IMG/VR virus record: IMGVR_UViG_2731957841_000002
Location: 1-9,726 of that record
DNA length: 9,726 nt
Source of the DNA: a virus
Taxonomy: Duplodnaviria > Heunggongvirae > Uroviricota > Caudoviricetes
Strand: one strand, 5' to 3'
The position numbers and the translations under genes are program-made. Below are positions 1-6,963 of this stretch, in pieces (the first letter of the stretch is position 1; the number at the start of each line of letters is the position of its first letter). Below the pieces are notes generated by a model, which ran no database searches, was not told the origin of the DNA, and saw only the letters and a list, made by a program, of their open reading frames with translations.

Positions 1-1155
1 ATGCTCACCGTTAAGCAGATTGAAGCAGCAAAGCCGAAAGAAAAACCATACCGCCTACTCGATGGTAATGGCCTGTACCTTTATGTCCCTGTGTCAGGGA
101 AAAAGGTATGGCAGCTTCGCTACAAGATTGACGGTAAGGAAAAAATACTGACCGTAGGAAAATATCCGCTAATGACTTTGCAGGAGGCAAGAGATAAAGC
201 ATGGACCGCGAGGAAAGACATCTCGGTTGGCATCGATCCGGTAAAAGCGAAAAAGGCTTCGTCTAACAACAATTCCTTTAGTGCGATTTACAAGGAATGG
301 TACGAGCACAAGAAGCAAGTCTGGTCAGTAGGCTATGCAAACGAACTTGCCAAAATGTTTGATGACGACATTTTACCCATCATCGGCGGTCTTGAGATTC
401 AGGATATTGAGCCGATGCAACTGTTGGAAGTAATCCGCAGATTTGAAGATCGCGGTGCAATGGAGCGAGCCAACAAAGCACGCAGAAGATGCGGCGAGGT
501 TTTCCGTTACGCTATTGTCACTGGTAGGGCTAAATATAACCCGGCACCTGACCTTGCTGACGCCATGAAGGGATACCGCAAGAAGAACTTCCCGTTTCTT
601 CCAGCAGACCAGATCCCGGCATTCAACAAAGCACTGGCAACATTTTCAGGAAGTATCGTATCGCTCATTGCGACCAAAGTTTTACGCTACACAGCCCTAA
701 GAACGAAAGAACTTCGCTCCATGCAATGGAAGAACGTCGATTTTGAAAACAGGATTATCACCATCGACGCCAGTGTGATGAAGGGACGCAAAATTCATGT
801 GGTCCCGATGTCAGACCAGGTGGTTGAACTTCTCACTACGCTAAGCTCAATCACCAAACCAGTCTCAGAGTTTGTTTTTTCCGGGCGCAACGATAAGAAG
901 AAGCCAATCTGCGAGAACGCGGTATTGCTTGTGATCAAACAAATCGGCTATGAAGGCCTGGAAAGCGGTCACGGATTCAGGCATGAATTCAGCACGATTA
1001 TGAACGAGCACGAATGGCCTGCTGACGCTATTGAAGTGCAGCTGGCACATGCCAACGGCGGATCTGTGCGCGGTATTTACAACCATGCTCAGTATCTCGA
1101 TAAGCGCAGAGAAATGATGCAGTGGTGGGCGGATTGGCTTGATGGGAAGGTGTGA
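1..1155 (+). CDS. intS: Tyrosine site-specific integrase, P4 family (IntS-like)
   Basis: 384-aa ORF. N-terminus MLTVKQIEAAKPKEKPYRLLDGNGLYLYV fits the P4-integrase arm-binding domain pattern. C-terminal catalytic region has GHGFRHEF (His/Arg) and RGIYNHAQY (candidate Tyr nucleophile). Symbol assigned from memory of E. coli IntS; not verified. Confidence 0.9.
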   Translation: MLTVKQIEAAKPKEKPYRLLDGNGLYLYVPVSGKKVWQLRYKIDGKEKILTVGKYPLMTLQEARDKAWTARKDISVGIDPVKAKKASSNNNSFSAIYKEWYEHKKQVWSVGYANELAKMFDDDILPIIGGLEIQDIEPMQLLEVIRRFEDRGAMERANKARRRCGEVFRYAIVTGRAKYNPAPDLADAMKGYRKKNFPFLPADQIPAFNKALATFSGSIVSLIATKVLRYTALRTKELRSMQWKNVDFENRIITIDASVMKGRKIHVVPMSDQVVELLTTLSSITKPVSEFVFSGRNDKKKPICENAVLLVIKQIGYEGLESGHGFRHEFSTIMNEHEWPADAIEVQLAHANGGSVRGIYNHAQYLDKRREMMQWWADWLDGKV

Positions 1156-1158
1156 GGC

Positions 1159-1218
1159 ATTAGCGCAAGACGAATCGACACCTTCGCCAGTTTTGAGTTT
1201 TTTTTGCGCTAATTTTTT
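1159..1218 (+). terminator. Candidate intrinsic terminator after integrase gene
   Basis: 10-bp inverted repeat ATTAGCGCAA (1159-1168) / TTGCGCTAAT (1204-1213) followed by a T6 run (1213-1218). The enclosed loop is long (35 nt), so the call is weak. Confidence 0.3.
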
Positions 1219-1252
1219 GCCACAATCATGCTCCAGGCAATGAAAGCAAGCT

Positions 1253-1275
1253 GATGGTAGGTTATGATTACCATC
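1253..1275. promoter_or_regulatory. Inverted repeat GATGGTA-N9-TACCATC upstream of acyltransferase gene (candidate operator or RNA hairpin)
   Basis: Perfect 7-bp arms at 1253-1259 and 1269-1275, about 33 bp upstream of the ATG at 1308, at the GC-content transition into the AT-rich cargo gene. Confidence 0.2.
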
Positions 1276-1307
1276 TAATATTTATTCTTAAATAAGATGA
1301 GTATAGC

Positions 1308-2402
1308 ATGACCCTAAATAATAAAAACCTTGACATTCAAGCGCTAAGGGCGGTAGCCATAATAATGGTTATTCTACAACATTATAGAAATAGATTACCT
1401 TCGCCAGATTGGTATTTGAGCAGTTTTAATTACGTTAATTATTGGGCTGGAGTTGATATATTTTTGGCTATATCTGGATATTTGATGGCTAAAAGCTTAA
1501 CTGGGGAAATAAAAAAAACCGGCAGAACAACTAAAACATTTTTATTATTTTTATCTAAAAGAATATTTAGGCTAGCCCCATGCTTACTTGTATGGGGCAC
1601 CATCTGTATAATAATCTCTTATTTTATGCAACCTTCTTGGGGTGTTTCACCTCTTAAATCATTCACTACGTTATATACATCCCTACTTGGTTATTCTAAT
1701 ATCCACTTCTATAGGTGCGCAGTAACAGCAAATGATTGTGACCAAATGAATGCGGTGACCTGGTCTCTATCTTTGGAATGGCAACTGTATGCTATAATTG
1801 CGGCAATCATGCTGCTCTTTAACAGGAAAAATCTGACGATTATTTTCATATTCATAGTAGCTATTGCATCTTTCCTGCCAGTAACTCAAATGTACTATCA
1901 ATCCATTGGTTGGTGGATTAGACCACAAGCATTCTTTCTGGGAGCAATTATATTCATAACTGGAAGCAAGTGTTATGTAAGCAATAAATGCACAAGACTA
2001 TTTTTTATTATAGTTTGCATTTTTGTTTTACTCGTTGCCCCTCAGCACTTTAACTATAGATTGACATTACCTGCGATTGGTTTTGCTGGTGCATTATTAT
2101 TTCTATGTTTTATTAGTGGTGGTGTGGTAGATAAAAAAGATAATCCAGCATATAAAATGCTGGACTGGATTGGGGATAGATCTTATAGCATTTATCTTTG
2201 CCATTTACCATTACTACATGTAACAAGGGAGGTTTTGAACAAACTCTCCCTTAATACCGTCATTTACGAAAACAAAGTTATATACTTCTTCGCTTTCATT
2301 CTTTTGCTAGTTGTCTTTTCTGATTTATCATATAGATATGTAGAAAAGAAATTTATAAGAACAGGGAGACTAATAATGAGTAAAAATATTTCACCACTAT
2401 AA
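1308..2402 (+). CDS. Integral-membrane acyltransferase, acyltransferase-3 family (Oac/OafA-like O-antigen acetyltransferase candidate)
   Basis: 364-aa ORF, very hydrophobic with multiple predicted TM segments. N-terminal motif LRAVAIIMVILQH matches the conserved R-x10-H region of acyltransferase-3 proteins. Strongly AT-rich relative to flanking genes. Sits in the integrase-proximal cargo slot. Confidence 0.8.
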   Translation: MTLNNKNLDIQALRAVAIIMVILQHYRNRLPSPDWYLSSFNYVNYWAGVDIFLAISGYLMAKSLTGEIKKTGRTTKTFLLFLSKRIFRLAPCLLVWGTICIIISYFMQPSWGVSPLKSFTTLYTSLLGYSNIHFYRCAVTANDCDQMNAVTWSLSLEWQLYAIIAAIMLLFNRKNLTIIFIFIVAIASFLPVTQMYYQSIGWWIRPQAFFLGAIIFITGSKCYVSNKCTRLFFIIVCIFVLLVAPQHFNYRLTLPAIGFAGALLFLCFISGGVVDKKDNPAYKMLDWIGDRSYSIYLCHLPLLHVTREVLNKLSLNTVIYENKVIYFFAFILLLVVFSDLSYRYVEKKFIRTGRLIMSKNISPL

Positions 2403-2576
2403 TTCATCAATATATTCAGGGGGCAAAAACCTACCCTCTGAATATGTATACCCAACACCAACAACGCTATTGTCGTCAAGCTTTATACAGAGATAATCAT
2501 CGTATTGTTTTCCATCGCCGTTCCATAATATAACGTTAATCACAACATCATTTTCTACCAATGCATATTTCATCAT
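2397..2576 (-). CDS. Small hypothetical protein (59 aa), translationally coupled to the upstream fibre gene
   Basis: Hand-translated: MMKYALVENDVVINVILWNGDGKQYDDYLCIKLDDNSVVGVGYTYSEGRFLPPEYIDEL. Its ATG (2576-2574) overlaps the fibre gene TGA (2575-2573) as ATGA. Below the length cut-off of the supplied ORF track. Its 3' end overlaps the convergent acyltransferase stop by 6 bp. Confidence 0.4.
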   Translation of the reverse strand: MMKYALVENDVVINVILWNGDGKQYDDYLCIKLDDNSVVGVGYTYSEGRFLPPEYIDEL

Positions 2577-3475
2577 GCATACTCCCAGATAAGAACAATA
2601 CCATTACCACCGGCGGCTCCGTTATATTGGGTGGCATTATTCACATATGCGTTAGCCCCACCGCCCCCAGCCCCGAAACCAGTCGGCAATACACCGATAC
2701 CCGCTGAGCCGTGTGGATTACCACCCACACCTAATGGACTATTACCTCCGCCACCAGAGATGATAGAGCTAGTCGATATAGCCATGCCAATAGTTGGATT
2801 CTCTCCAGAGAGATTTAAAATATTACCTCCGGATGCTATAGGAATTCCTGGTGAGTTCTGAATAATAGGAGGTACCCCATTTCCTGAACCACCACCAAAT
2901 CCACCGCCAGCGGTTATAGATCCGAAAGAAGATCCACCACCGTTTCCTCCATTACCGTTAACCCCACCAGCTCCACCAGCTCCAATGGTTACAGTATATG
3001 CTGAGTCTAAATTGGTGATACGGGATTTAGCGTAGGCGCCACCTCCCCCTCCACACCCAACTGCAACACTGGTAGAGTTAGTTGTACCAACCCCGCCCCC
3101 TCCTCCGCCTGCGCCTTGGACTTCAACAATAATGCTTTTCGTTCCTGGGGTTGGCGTATAAGTCCCGGATGTCGTTATTGTGCGAACACCAATAAGCCGT
3201 CCTGTTGCAGCCTGCTCTACCGCACTCGCTAATTGCGCAGAGAGCCCCGCAATATCACCATTATCTTTCACATCCTCACTGGTATTATCTGCGATAAACT
3301 GCCCCACAGCAGCCGCCATTGCCGTTCCTTGCCTCAGACCTTTGTTCACCTGAGCACTTGATGCCTTCCCCGATGTAAAGCCAGCAGATAGGACAGGTAA
3401 TGATTCCCAGTCTGTCTGAGTTGTTACGTTAGCACCAGAGCCAGTTGCAAATGGTTTAAATTCATTTTTAGCCAT
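2573..3475 (-). CDS. Glycine-rich phage tail-fibre-like protein
   Basis: Long GGxGG/GNGG tracts typical of phage fibre or collar proteins. N-terminus MAKNEFKPFATGSGANVTTQ. Start chosen at ATG 3475-3473, overlapping the upstream gene stop as TGATG. The ORF track's alternative start at 3493 adds 6 codons but has an SD only 1 nt from the ATG. Confidence 0.7.
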   Translation of the reverse strand: MAKNEFKPFATGSGANVTTQTDWESLPVLSAGFTSGKASSAQVNKGLRQGTAMAAAVGQFIADNTSEDVKDNGDIAGLSAQLASAVEQAATGRLIGVRTITTSGTYTPTPGTKSIIVEVQGAGGGGGGVGTTNSTSVAVGCGGGGGAYAKSRITNLDSAYTVTIGAGGAGGVNGNGGNGGGSSFGSITAGGGFGGGSGNGVPPIIQNSPGIPIASGGNILNLSGENPTIGMAISTSSIISGGGGNSPLGVGGNPHGSAGIGVLPTGFGAGGGGANAYVNNATQYNGAAGGNGIVLIWEYA

Positions 3476-4155
3476 CAGAGTAATTTCCCCCATGCTCCTA
3501 CATCAAAACCACTGATGAATTCGTTATCCATATCAAAACCAAAAAATTTTGAACCTTCCGATGGAGTTTCCACCGAAGGTGTTTCAATGCCACCCGCCCA
3601 CACACCGGCGGCTTTTACTGTGAGATACCCCTGTTTAATTGCCGCAATTAACTCACGCGATACATCTGAAATATCAGTATCAGGAAAGACCCAGACCGAT
3701 ATCGTCATGTCCTGGTTATCGACAATCTGCATTCGCAGCCCGGCTCCTGCTGTCGCCGTGTCAAGAATTGCCGGAAGCGAATCATTCCGTCCGTCCCAGT
3801 TATTAATCGCAATCTTCGCTTTAAGGATGACACGATAAGTTTCATCGCTGAGGTACATGTATCCGGAATCAGGATCGTATGGCCCCTGCCATACACCCTG
3901 ATCATATCCAAGCCCGTCGGTATCCCAGCTGAAATAGATACCTGAGATAGGCTGGCTGACAACACGGCTACGCCCGATCCACAATCCCAGAATGTCAAGT
4001 TGCACACCAACGGCAGAGTCAATATCAAATGCAGTAATCAGCCCTCTGGTGGCAGCCGCAACATCAATAAGCGGCCGGGTCATCAGATCAACATGCGCAA
4101 GAAATTTAGGTTTGGTGGCGTGGTAGTTCGTGATTAGTTCGGTGTATTTGCTCAT
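3475..4155 (-). CDS. Phage tail/baseplate-associated protein of unknown function (possibly DUF2612-type)
   Basis: 226-aa ORF in an operon with the fibre gene. ATGA overlap with the upstream 172-aa gene. Family assignment is from memory and tentative. Confidence 0.7.
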   Translation of the reverse strand: MSKYTELITNYHATKPKFLAHVDLMTRPLIDVAAATRGLITAFDIDSAVGVQLDILGLWIGRSRVVSQPISGIYFSWDTDGLGYDQGVWQGPYDPDSGYMYLSDETYRVILKAKIAINNWDGRNDSLPAILDTATAGAGLRMQIVDNQDMTISVWVFPDTDISDVSRELIAAIKQGYLTVKAAGVWAGGIETPSVETPSEGSKFFGFDMDNEFISGFDVGAWGKLL

Positions 4156-4670
4156 GACTCCACCGTTATAACGATATTTTCCGGGGTACAGGACGCAGAT
4201 TCGTTATATCTGATATCAATGTTTGATGACGACAAAGCCCCCGGGGATTTCCCAATCGTCAGTTCCTGAATATCGTAATAGCGTGCATTACCGGTTTTAG
4301 CGTTGGCATTATCCGGTTGTTTCTGGAACGCAACACTGCGTGCCGTGATGATGTCGCCGCTGACCTTGTTGCGGATCACGATAACGTTATTCCCCCATGT
4401 GGCAGAAGACTGGCTCTGTGCGTTATACGCCAGCGACAATTTTTTATTTGTCGGTGATGTCTTCAGAAGGTTAACGGTAATCGTCCCGCTTTTATCTGCA
4501 TGGAGACTGTGCATCACTTCGCCATCAGCACCGATGGTCATGGTGTTTTTAGGACCGCCCATCGCAACCACAATCCCCTCTTCAGAACTTGCAGAACCGT
4601 ACCCGAGGTCAATCGAACCGGTCGGCCCGGTCAGCGTCGCAGTGACATCCATAAAAGAATAGGTAGACAT
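4152..4670 (-). CDS. Phage tail-module protein, unknown function (172 aa)
   Basis: First gene of the leftward tail remnant. SD-like AAGGGGAAG upstream of the ATG at 4670. Coupled to the downstream gene. Confidence 0.7.
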   Translation of the reverse strand: MSTYSFMDVTATLTGPTGSIDLGYGSASSEEGIVVAMGGPKNTMTIGADGEVMHSLHADKSGTITVNLLKTSPTNKKLSLAYNAQSQSSATWGNNVIVIRNKVSGDIITARSVAFQKQPDNANAKTGNARYYDIQELTIGKSPGALSSSNIDIRYNESASCTPENIVITVES

Positions 4671-4680
4671 TCACTTCCCC

Positions 4681-4773
4681 TTAGCGAACAACGTTAATCT
4701 GTACGTCAGCGTAATGAACCGCGCCTGCAAGTTTTATTGCAGCCTGAATCACCGGAGCCTTAAGGGCGCACAT
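4681..4773 (-). pseudogene. Probable C-terminal remnant of a deleted late gene (30-codon ORF ending ...APVIQAAIKLAGAVHYADVQINVVR)
   Basis: Hand-translated frame reads like a genuine protein C-terminus and stops just before the RBS of the 172-aa gene. Overlaps the end of the truncated cro-like ORF in another frame. Confidence 0.3.
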
Positions 4774-4882
4774 AGATCCCCTTCACCTTGTCTGCGGTAG
4801 CTCCCTGTGTGCATCCAACTGCCTTAGCAAGTGTTGTTTGAGAGATATTCAGTGACTCTCGATATTTTCGTAGGTTGCTCAT
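4760..4882 (-). CDS. Cro-like HTH protein, apparently C-terminally truncated (40 aa)
   Basis: MSNLRKYRESLNISQTTLAKAVGCTQGATADKVKGIYVRP has an HTH (ISQTTLAKAVGC) and is divergent from cI, as cro is in lambda. GGAGGG lies upstream of the ATG. Shorter than typical Cro proteins (about 60-75 aa). The ORF track's 97-aa version runs upstream through the operator region. Confidence 0.5.
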   Translation of the reverse strand: MSNLRKYRESLNISQTTLAKAVGCTQGATADKVKGIYVRP

Positions 4883-4908
4883 ATGCCCTCCATAGTAACC
4901 ATGAAACA

Positions 4909-4937
4909 ATAATACGATATGTACTTTTAGAATGCAA
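4909..4937 (-). promoter_or_regulatory. pR-like promoter for the cro-like gene
   Basis: On the minus strand: -35 TTGCAT (4937-4932), 17-bp spacer, -10 TATTAT (4914-4909). The spacer contains a GTAC-centred motif shared with the pL region, a candidate operator. Confidence 0.4.
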
Positions 4938-4993
4938 ACAAAAAATACATCTTGTGCATGGATGGTTTTAGTACAGAGCGTAATAATAAGGGT

Positions 4994-5653
4994 ATGAAAA
5001 TGAAATGGTATGAACTGGCTAGATCCAGAATGAAAGAGCTCGGCATAACTCAAGAGAAGTTAGCTGAAGAGCTTGGTATGACGCAGGGTGGAATTGGTCA
5101 CTGGTTGCGCGGATCTCGTCATCCATCTCTTGACGAGATTGGTGTGGTGTTTAAATACCTTGGTATTGATAACGTCTCATTCAACCACGACGGTACATTT
5201 TCACCTGTTGGCGAATACTCATCTGCCCCCGTTAAAAAACAATATGAGTACCCTGTTTTTTCTCATGTTCAGGCCGGGATGTTCTCGCCTGAGCTTAGAA
5301 CCTTTACCAAAGGTGATGCGGAGAGATGGGTCAGCACAACCAAAAAAGCCAGTGATTGTGCGTTTTGGCTTGAAGTTGAAGGTAATTCCATGACCGCGCC
5401 AACAGGATCCAAGCCAAGCTTTCCTGACGGGATGTTAATTCTCGTTGACCCTGATCAGGCTGTTGAGCCAGGTGATTTCTGCATAGCCAGACTTGGTGGT
5501 GACGAGTTTACCTTTAAGAAACTGATCAGGGATAGCGGTCAGGTGTTCCTCCAGCCACTAAACCCGCAATATCCAATGATTCCATGCAATGATAGCTGTT
5601 CCGTAGTAGGGAAAGTTATCGCCAGCCAGTGGCCTGAAGAGACATTTAGTTAA
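4994..5653 (+). CDS. cI: CI-type prophage repressor (HTH N-terminal domain plus S24 LexA-like autopeptidase C-terminal domain)
   Basis: C-terminal half nearly matches lambda cI as I recall it: [50 protein letters not shown] (Ser nucleophile), FTFKKL (Lys), plus an Ala-Gly cleavage site in QAGM. N-terminal HTH domain is unlike lambda. Start placed at ATG 4994 (AAGGG upstream) rather than the TTG at 4952 in the ORF track. Confidence 0.9.
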   Translation: MKMKWYELARSRMKELGITQEKLAEELGMTQGGIGHWLRGSRHPSLDEIGVVFKYLGIDNVSFNHDGTFSPVGEYSSAPVKKQYEYPVFSHVQAGMFSPELRTFTKGDAERWVSTTKKASDCAFWLEVEGNSMTAPTGSKPSFPDGMLILVDPDQAVEPGDFCIARLGGDEFTFKKLIRDSGQVFLQPLNPQYPMIPCNDSCSVVGKVIASQWPEETFS

Positions 5654-5684
5654 CAGCCTCACCACTCTAAAACACACAACAATA

Positions 5685-5713
5685 ACCCGACCTTAGCGTC
5701 GGGTTTTCTTTTT
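5685..5713 (+). terminator. Intrinsic terminator downstream of cI
   Basis: Stem ACCCGAC (5685-5691) / GTCGGGT (5698-5704), 6-nt loop, then TTTCTTTTT (5705-5713). Confidence 0.6.
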
Positions 5714-5778
5714 CCAAAATATAAACCCATTAAATACAAAGCGTTATAAAAAACTAATTATATTTAGAACATTTTGTA

Positions 5779-5807
5779 TTGACTCGATAAAGTACAAATC
5801 GTACTAT
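5779..5807 (+). promoter_or_regulatory. pL-like early-left promoter
   Basis: -35 TTGACT (5779-5784), 17-bp spacer, -10 TACTAT (5802-5807). The downstream transcript start region ATCAGCAGGACGCACTGACC matches the lambda pL transcript start as I recall it. Confidence 0.5.
5791..5805. promoter_or_regulatory. Candidate repressor operator (palindrome AGTAC-N5-GTACT) overlapping the pL -10
   Basis: Perfect 5-bp inverted arms. Related AGTAC/GTACT motifs recur in the cro-cI intergenic region (4921-4925, 4970-4974). Confidence 0.3.
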
Positions 5808-5846
5808 TTAGCCATCAGCAGGACGCACTGACCACCATGAAGGTGA

Positions 5847-5877
5847 TGCTCTTAAAAATTAAGCCCTGAAGAAGGGC
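5847..5877 (+). promoter_or_regulatory. nutL-type antitermination site (boxA TGCTCTTAA plus boxB hairpin GCCCTGAAGAAGGGC)
   Basis: boxB (5863-5877) is identical to the lambda nutL boxB. boxA (5847-5855) differs from lambda CGCTCTTAA at its first base and resembles the rrn-type boxA TGCTCTT. Spacer is AAATTAA as in lambda. Confidence 0.7.
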
Positions 5878-6049
5878 AGCATTCAAAGCAGAAGGCTTTG
5901 GGGTGTGGTGAAGGGTTCATGGATGGGAATATGTCGCACGTAAAGCGGCGAGGCCTGCGGAACTATTGCCGAATTGAAGTCGGCCGAAGCAGGTCGAAAT
6001 GGGTCTCCCACCTACCACACCACCAAAGCTAACTGACAGGAGAATCCAG

Positions 6050-6253
6050 ATGGCAAAGCAATCAAAACCATCACCTACACCTGAACAGGTTCTAAAAGCA
6101 TTCACTGACGCAGCAATGCAGAAAAACACCGTGGAAGAGCTTAAACAGGCGTTCGCCAAAGCGTGGAAGATGCTCGAAGGAACACCGGAGCAGCACAAAG
6201 CGCAGGACGTTTACAACATCAGACGAGACGAATTAGAAGGAGCGGCTGCTTAA
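6050..6253 (+). CDS. Hypothetical small protein (67 aa) in the position lambda N would occupy; not N-like
   Basis: AGGAGA RBS and ATG context match the lambda N start region as I recall it, but the protein (MAKQSKPSPTPEQVLKAF...) has no arginine-rich motif. The ORF track's upstream extension from 5999 lacks an RBS. Confidence 0.6.
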   Translation: MAKQSKPSPTPEQVLKAFTDAAMQKNTVEELKQAFAKAWKMLEGTPEQHKAQDVYNIRRDELEGAAA

Positions 6254-6636
6254 TGGCACATTCGATTACTGTAAGACTAAACAAACCCGCAAGAGAGTTT
6301 CAGGCCGGGGAAAATATCGGATTCAACATCCGTGCTGGCGTTCAGTATTACGATCGCCAGACAAAAAAGAAAGAATGGACAAACTACAGCGCCGTTGTAT
6401 TTGCCAAGCCAGGAGCGCAAGCGGATTACTACCGTAGTGTTCTTGTTGAAGGTGGCATTGTGGAAATTACCGGAGAAAACATCAGGGTTGATGTTTATCA
6501 GGGGCAAAATGGTCAATCAATCACTCTTGAATTACTGAATGCAAAGATTGGATTTGCAACTTCAGGAAACAGCCAACAGCAGCAAAGTAGCAATCATCAA
6601 AATCATCCTGAATACGACGATTCAATTCCCTTCTAA
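6253..6636 (+). CDS. SSB-like single-stranded DNA-binding protein (short form, 127 aa) with conserved acidic C-terminal tip
   Basis: C-terminus ...PEYDDSIPF resembles the E. coli SSB tip DFDDDIPF, preceded by a Q-rich linker. The N-terminal ~100 aa is compatible with an OB fold (KEWTNYSAVVFAK, VEGGIVEITGE). TAATG stop/start overlap with the upstream gene. Confidence 0.7.
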   Translation: MAHSITVRLNKPAREFQAGENIGFNIRAGVQYYDRQTKKKEWTNYSAVVFAKPGAQADYYRSVLVEGGIVEITGENIRVDVYQGQNGQSITLELLNAKIGFATSGNSQQQQSSNHQNHPEYDDSIPF

Positions 6637-6659
6637 AGTAGCAAAATAAGGATTCCATT

Positions 6660-6953
6660 ATGCCAGCGCCTCTGTATGGTGCGGATGACCCGCGCCGCTG
6701 TTCCGGCAATTCCGTATCGGAGGTGCTGGATAAATTCAGAAAAAACTACGACCTGATAATGTCGCTACCGCAGGAAACGAAAGAGGAAAAGGAATTTCGT
6801 CATTGTATATGGCTTGCAGAGAAAGAAGAGCGCGAGCGAATTTACCAGACATCAATCCGACCATTCCGCAAAGCCACATATACCCACTTCCCTGAAATTG
6901 ACCCGCGCCTGCGTAATTACCGCTCACGCTATGGCGCTATCAGTAATGACTGA
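6660..6953 (+). CDS. Hypothetical protein (97 aa)
   Basis: AAGGA RBS 7 nt upstream of the ATG. Operon context. No recognisable domain. Confidence 0.6.
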   Translation: MPAPLYGADDPRRCSGNSVSEVLDKFRKNYDLIMSLPQETKEEKEFRHCIWLAEKEERERIYQTSIRPFRKATYTHFPEIDPRLRNYRSRYGAISND

Positions 6954-6963
6954 GGAATTAACA

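Noticed and set aside
2631-2861. Proline-rich 76-aa ORF on the + strand
   Set aside because: It is the antisense reading of the glycine-rich fibre gene (GGN codons read as CCN on the other strand); a frame artefact.
2880-3130. Short G/C-rich repeats that could suggest a CRISPR array or tandem repeat
   Set aside because: They are in-frame glycine codon runs inside the fibre-like gene, with no repeat-spacer periodicity.
4952-4993. TTG start for the repressor gene
   Set aside because: The ATG at 4994 has an SD-like AAGGG upstream and gives a product whose length fits the CI family; the TTG extension adds residues with no RBS.
4883-5053. Upstream part of the 97-aa minus-strand ORF listed in the track
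   Set aside because: This extension runs through the cro-cI operator/promoter region and into cI on the opposite strand. The plausible gene starts at the ATG at 4882, which has a GGAGGG RBS.
5088-5393. 101-aa + strand ORF
   Set aside because: Alternative frame wholly inside the well-supported repressor gene.
5999-6049. N-terminal extensions of track ORFs (5999, 6163, 6814 starts)
   Set aside because: Each extension overlaps the upstream gene or lacks an RBS; internal ATGs at 6050, 6253 and 6964 have good SD sequences and operon-typical stop/start spacing.
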